64,000 bases of DNA, from assembly GCA_030698625.1 (NCBI GenBank), contig JAUYMS010000048.1, positions 218,404-282,403 of the forward strand. The letters are read 5' to 3'. Source of the stretch: Candidatus Omnitrophota bacterium (GTDB taxonomy: Bacteria > Omnitrophota > Omnitrophia > Omnitrophales > Aquincolibacteriaceae). Position 1 is the first letter of the stretch. Each line of letters starts with the position of its first letter. The position numbers and the translations under genes were made by a program. Below, piece after piece: positions 61,139-64,000 of this stretch. The notes under the pieces were generated by a model. It saw nothing but the letters and a program-made list of their open reading frames with translations. It did not search any database and was not told where the DNA came from.

Positions 61139-62308
61139 ATGGGAGAACCAGTCACGATGGATTTAACGCCGGAACAACTACAACGCTACAGCCGCCATTT
61201 TATCCTTCCTGAAATCGGTCTCGAAGGGCAAAAGAAGCTGCTCGCGGCGAAGGTCCTTCTGATCGGAACAGGCGGTCTGGGGTCGCCACTCGGCCTTTAT
61301 CTGGCAGCGGCAGGTGTGGGAACATTGGGCCTTGTGGATTTCGATACCGTCGATCTGTCGAATCTTCAGCGCCAAATTTTGCATACCAACGACTCGATCG
61401 GGATGTCCAAATTGGATTCGGCGGAGAAGAGAATCAATGCCATGAATCCCGATACCCGTATTATTAAGCATGAGGTGAGATTGGATTCAAGTAATGCTCT
61501 GGGCATCATGAAAGACTACGACGTGATCGTGGACGGGACCGATAATTTTCCTACGCGTTATCTGACAAGTGATGCTTGTGTGTTACTAGGCAAGCCGAAT
61601 GTATACGGATCGATCTTCCGTTTCGACGGCCTGGCAACGGTTTTTAAGCCTGACGAGGGGCCTTGTTACCGCTGCCTCTATCCGGAACCTCCTCCTCCGG
61701 GCATGGTGCCCAGTTGCGCCGAAGGTGGAGTTCTCGGAATTCTTCCCGGTGTGATCGGTTTGATCCAGGCGACGGAAGTCGTGAAGCTCATCGTCGGTAT
61801 CGGCCGGACCTTGGTCGGCAGGTTGATGGTTTATGATGCCCTGCAAATGACGTTTCGCGAGTTGAAGTTGCAAAAGGATCCGAGCTGCCCGTCTTGCGGT
61901 ACGAACCCCACCGTGACAGAACTCATCGATTACGAACAGTTCTGCGGTTTGGGCCGAGGTGCGGCGCCTGAGCAAGAAGGCGTCGTCGTTGACATCAGTG
62001 TCGAGGCTCTCAAACAGAAGTTAGACAGCAAGGACGATTTCTTTTTCCTGGATGTCCGCGAGTCGTTTGAGTATGAGATCGCCAAGATCGAGGGGACGAA
62101 GCTCATCCCTCTCGGTGAAATTGAGCAGCGGTTGCAGGAGCTCGAGCCGTTCAAGGATAAAGAAATCGTAGCCCACTGTCATCATGGCGGTAGAAGCCGG
62201 AGGGCACTCGAAATCCTTGAGGCGAAGGGCTTCAGGAAGCTTAAGAATGTTGCCGGCGGTATTGATGAATGGTCGATTAACATCGACTCATCGGTACCTC
62301 GCTACTAA
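61139..62308 (+). CDS. moeB: MoeB adenylyltransferase fused to rhodanese (MoeZ/MoeBR type)
   Basis: RYSRH, GTGGLG, SNLQRQ, CYRC, SCAEGGVLG; rhodanese DVRE...CHHGGRS...GGIDEW. Confidence 0.9.
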   Translation: MGEPVTMDLTPEQLQRYSRHFILPEIGLEGQKKLLAAKVLLIGTGGLGSPLGLYLAAAGVGTLGLVDFDTVDLSNLQRQILHTNDSIGMSKLDSAEKRINAMNPDTRIIKHEVRLDSSNALGIMKDYDVIVDGTDNFPTRYLTSDACVLLGKPNVYGSIFRFDGLATVFKPDEGPCYRCLYPEPPPPGMVPSCAEGGVLGILPGVIGLIQATEVVKLIVGIGRTLVGRLMVYDALQMTFRELKLQKDPSCPSCGTNPTVTELIDYEQFCGLGRGAAPEQEGVVVDISVEALKQKLDSKDDFFFLDVRESFEYEIAKIEGTKLIPLGEIEQRLQELEPFKDKEIVAHCHHGGRSRRALEILEAKGFRKLKNVAGGIDEWSINIDSSVPRY

Positions 62309-62342
62309 TTTGACTTTCCACCTTCCGTTTCGAATCTAACTC

Positions 62343-63455
62343 ATGTCATCTCTCTGGATTCAACTACGACGTGACTTCGCAAATGTCGGACGCTCAGTTT
62401 ATCTTGATCATGCCGCCGGGGGTCCTGTGCCTCGTCCCGTGCTGGCCGAACTCGAACGCTACCAGCGCGAGCTCGCCCGGGAGGCTGACTTTGCCTGGCC
62501 GCGCTGGATTCGCCGAAGGGAAGAGGTGCGCCGGGACGTTGCTCGATTTATAGGCGCGAGCCCCGAAGAGGTAACCTTCACGCACAGTACTTCTGAGGGT
62601 ATGAACTATATCGCGGAGCTCCTAGTCAATCAGGGGCGAGTGCTTACCAATGCAGACGAATTTCCTTCCAGCACCCTTCCGTGGATTTGGCGAAAAGCCA
62701 AAATGACTTATCAGAAAAGCGAAGACAATGTCATCAGTCTTAGAAAGCTCAGCTCCCTCATCGCGCCCTCGACTAAGACGATTGTGTCCAGCTTCGTGCA
62801 ATATGCGACCGGGTTCCGTCAGGACATGGTCAAACTGGGAAAAGTGAAGCGCGGACGTTTTTTGGTGGTGAACGCGACGCAGGGTTGCGGAGCCTTCCCG
62901 ATCAACGTCAAAAAATGGAATGCGGATTTTCTCTGTACGAACAGCTACAAATGGATGCTCGCCGGGTACGGCGGGGGCATTCTGTATATTCGGAAAAAAT
63001 GGCTGGCGCGTTTCCGCCCGTCTTTTATTAGCTGGCGAAGCATGAAAGAACCCGACCGCATGGATAACCGCCGTATTGATATGCTAAAAACGGCAGCGCG
63101 CTATGAATGGGGTTGCCCGAGTTTTGCGTCCATCTTTGCGGTGGGAGCCGCCGTGCGGTATTTCAGCTCCATCGGGATTGAAAAAATCGAAAAGCGTATT
63201 TTGGCCCTGACCGATTTTGCTATCGAAGAACTGGAGCGGAGCAGTTTTGAAGTTACCTCACCCCGGGCGCCCGAACACCGGTCCGGTATCGTCGTCTTTA
63301 AGGTGAAAGAAGCCGGCCGCTTATTCAAGCGGTTGCTCGGCGACAAGATCTATGTGTCGCCGCGCGGAGAGGGGATGCGTATCGCTCCGCACTTCTATAA
63401 CACTTTCGAAGAAATTGAGATCTTAATCAAGAGCTTGAAGAAATACCGGAAGTGA
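62343..63455 (+). CDS. Aminotransferase class V PLP enzyme (C-S lyase/desulfurase-like)
   Basis: YLDHAAGGP, HSTSEG, EFPS, SYKWML, RIAPHFYN. Confidence 0.82.
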   Translation: MSSLWIQLRRDFANVGRSVYLDHAAGGPVPRPVLAELERYQRELAREADFAWPRWIRRREEVRRDVARFIGASPEEVTFTHSTSEGMNYIAELLVNQGRVLTNADEFPSSTLPWIWRKAKMTYQKSEDNVISLRKLSSLIAPSTKTIVSSFVQYATGFRQDMVKLGKVKRGRFLVVNATQGCGAFPINVKKWNADFLCTNSYKWMLAGYGGGILYIRKKWLARFRPSFISWRSMKEPDRMDNRRIDMLKTAARYEWGCPSFASIFAVGAAVRYFSSIGIEKIEKRILALTDFAIEELERSSFEVTSPRAPEHRSGIVVFKVKEAGRLFKRLLGDKIYVSPRGEGMRIAPHFYNTFEEIEILIKSLKKYRK

Positions 63456-63551
63456 TCTCACGAGTCGCGAGAGAATAGCCGATAGGATACTAATGCAAAG
63501 ACACCGCCTGCCATCTAAGATTTCGAAGCGTCCAACCGAGGCCTGCCGTCT

Positions 63552-64000
63552 ATGAAATCCGGATTTGTAGCCATTGTCGGGCGTCCTAATGTAGGGAAAT
63601 CAACTCTCCTCAACCAACTCGTTGGCGAGAAACTGGCGGGTGTTTCCAATAAACCTCAGACCACACGTAACTGCATTCGCGGTATTGTGACTCGCCCTCA
63701 AGGACAAATTGTCTTTCTCGACACGCCCGGTATGCATACTCCACGCGATCGTCTGGGGAGATGGATGGTCAAAGAGGCGCAAACAAGCTTGGACGGGGCC
63801 GACGTCGTTTACTGGATGGTTCTGCCCGGCGAGATTAACTCGCATGATGGAAAGATCCTTAAACTCGTGCGCGAGTTGAAGAAGCCTATATACCTGGTCA
63901 TTAATCAAGTGGATCGCTATCCGAAGCCGCACATTTTGCCGGTGCTTGAATATTATCACAAAGCCTTTCAGTTTCAGGAGATGATACCGGTATCGGCATT
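63552..64000 (+). CDS. era: GTPase Era, 3'-truncated by window edge
   Basis: MKSGFVAIVGRPNVGKSTLLN, KPQTTR, DTPG, PVSA (translated by hand; absent from the ORF track). Confidence 0.93.
   Translation, partial: MKSGFVAIVGRPNVGKSTLLNQLVGEKLAGVSNKPQTTRNCIRGIVTRPQGQIVFLDTPGMHTPRDRLGRWMVKEAQTSLDGADVVYWMVLPGEINSHDGKILKLVRELKKPIYLVINQVDRYPKPHILPVLEYYHKAFQFQEMIPVSA

Overview
Chromosomal, gene-dense window from an anaerobe-like Gram-negative bacterium. The gene content is compatible with a PVC/Omnitrophota-like lineage, but that is inference only. No rRNA, tRNA, CRISPR, transposase or integrase was seen. Contents in order: (1) 3' end of metK, then ahcY; (2) an 11-subunit complex I operon lacking nuoEFG, in the order A-B-C-D-I-H-J-K-L-M-N; (3) a FIST protein; (4) an RNA m5C methyltransferase, NUDIX hydrolase, two-component pair, archease and rtcB; (5) pstSCAB1B2-phoU-trkAH; (6) thiC-nadA-ispG-mqnE-DUF4438; (7) ThiF-like, greA, membrane proteins, polX-nth-queG; (8) an ~18 kb MSHA-like type IV pilus locus with its own signalling module; (9) trxA, a lacD-like aldolase, an aldo/keto reductase, moeB-rhodanese, a class V PLP enzyme, and the 5' end of era. 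Best candidate for a new system: an orphan Soj/ParA ATPase sits inside the pilus operon and overlaps a PilM-PilN fusion. That fusion starts with MAKKRSSGLSKKIPAIF, which resembles the ParA-activating N-terminal peptide of ParB/Spo0J, suggesting ParA-driven positioning of the pilus machine. Other highlights are a PstB pair with complementary degenerate motifs (one dead ATP site), kinases with degenerate GGDEF/PilZ tails, an in-frame TAA near the end of nuoK, an operon of four unrelated [4Fe-4S] enzymes, and several leaderless-type promoters. All family calls are by eye from motifs; no database search was run.
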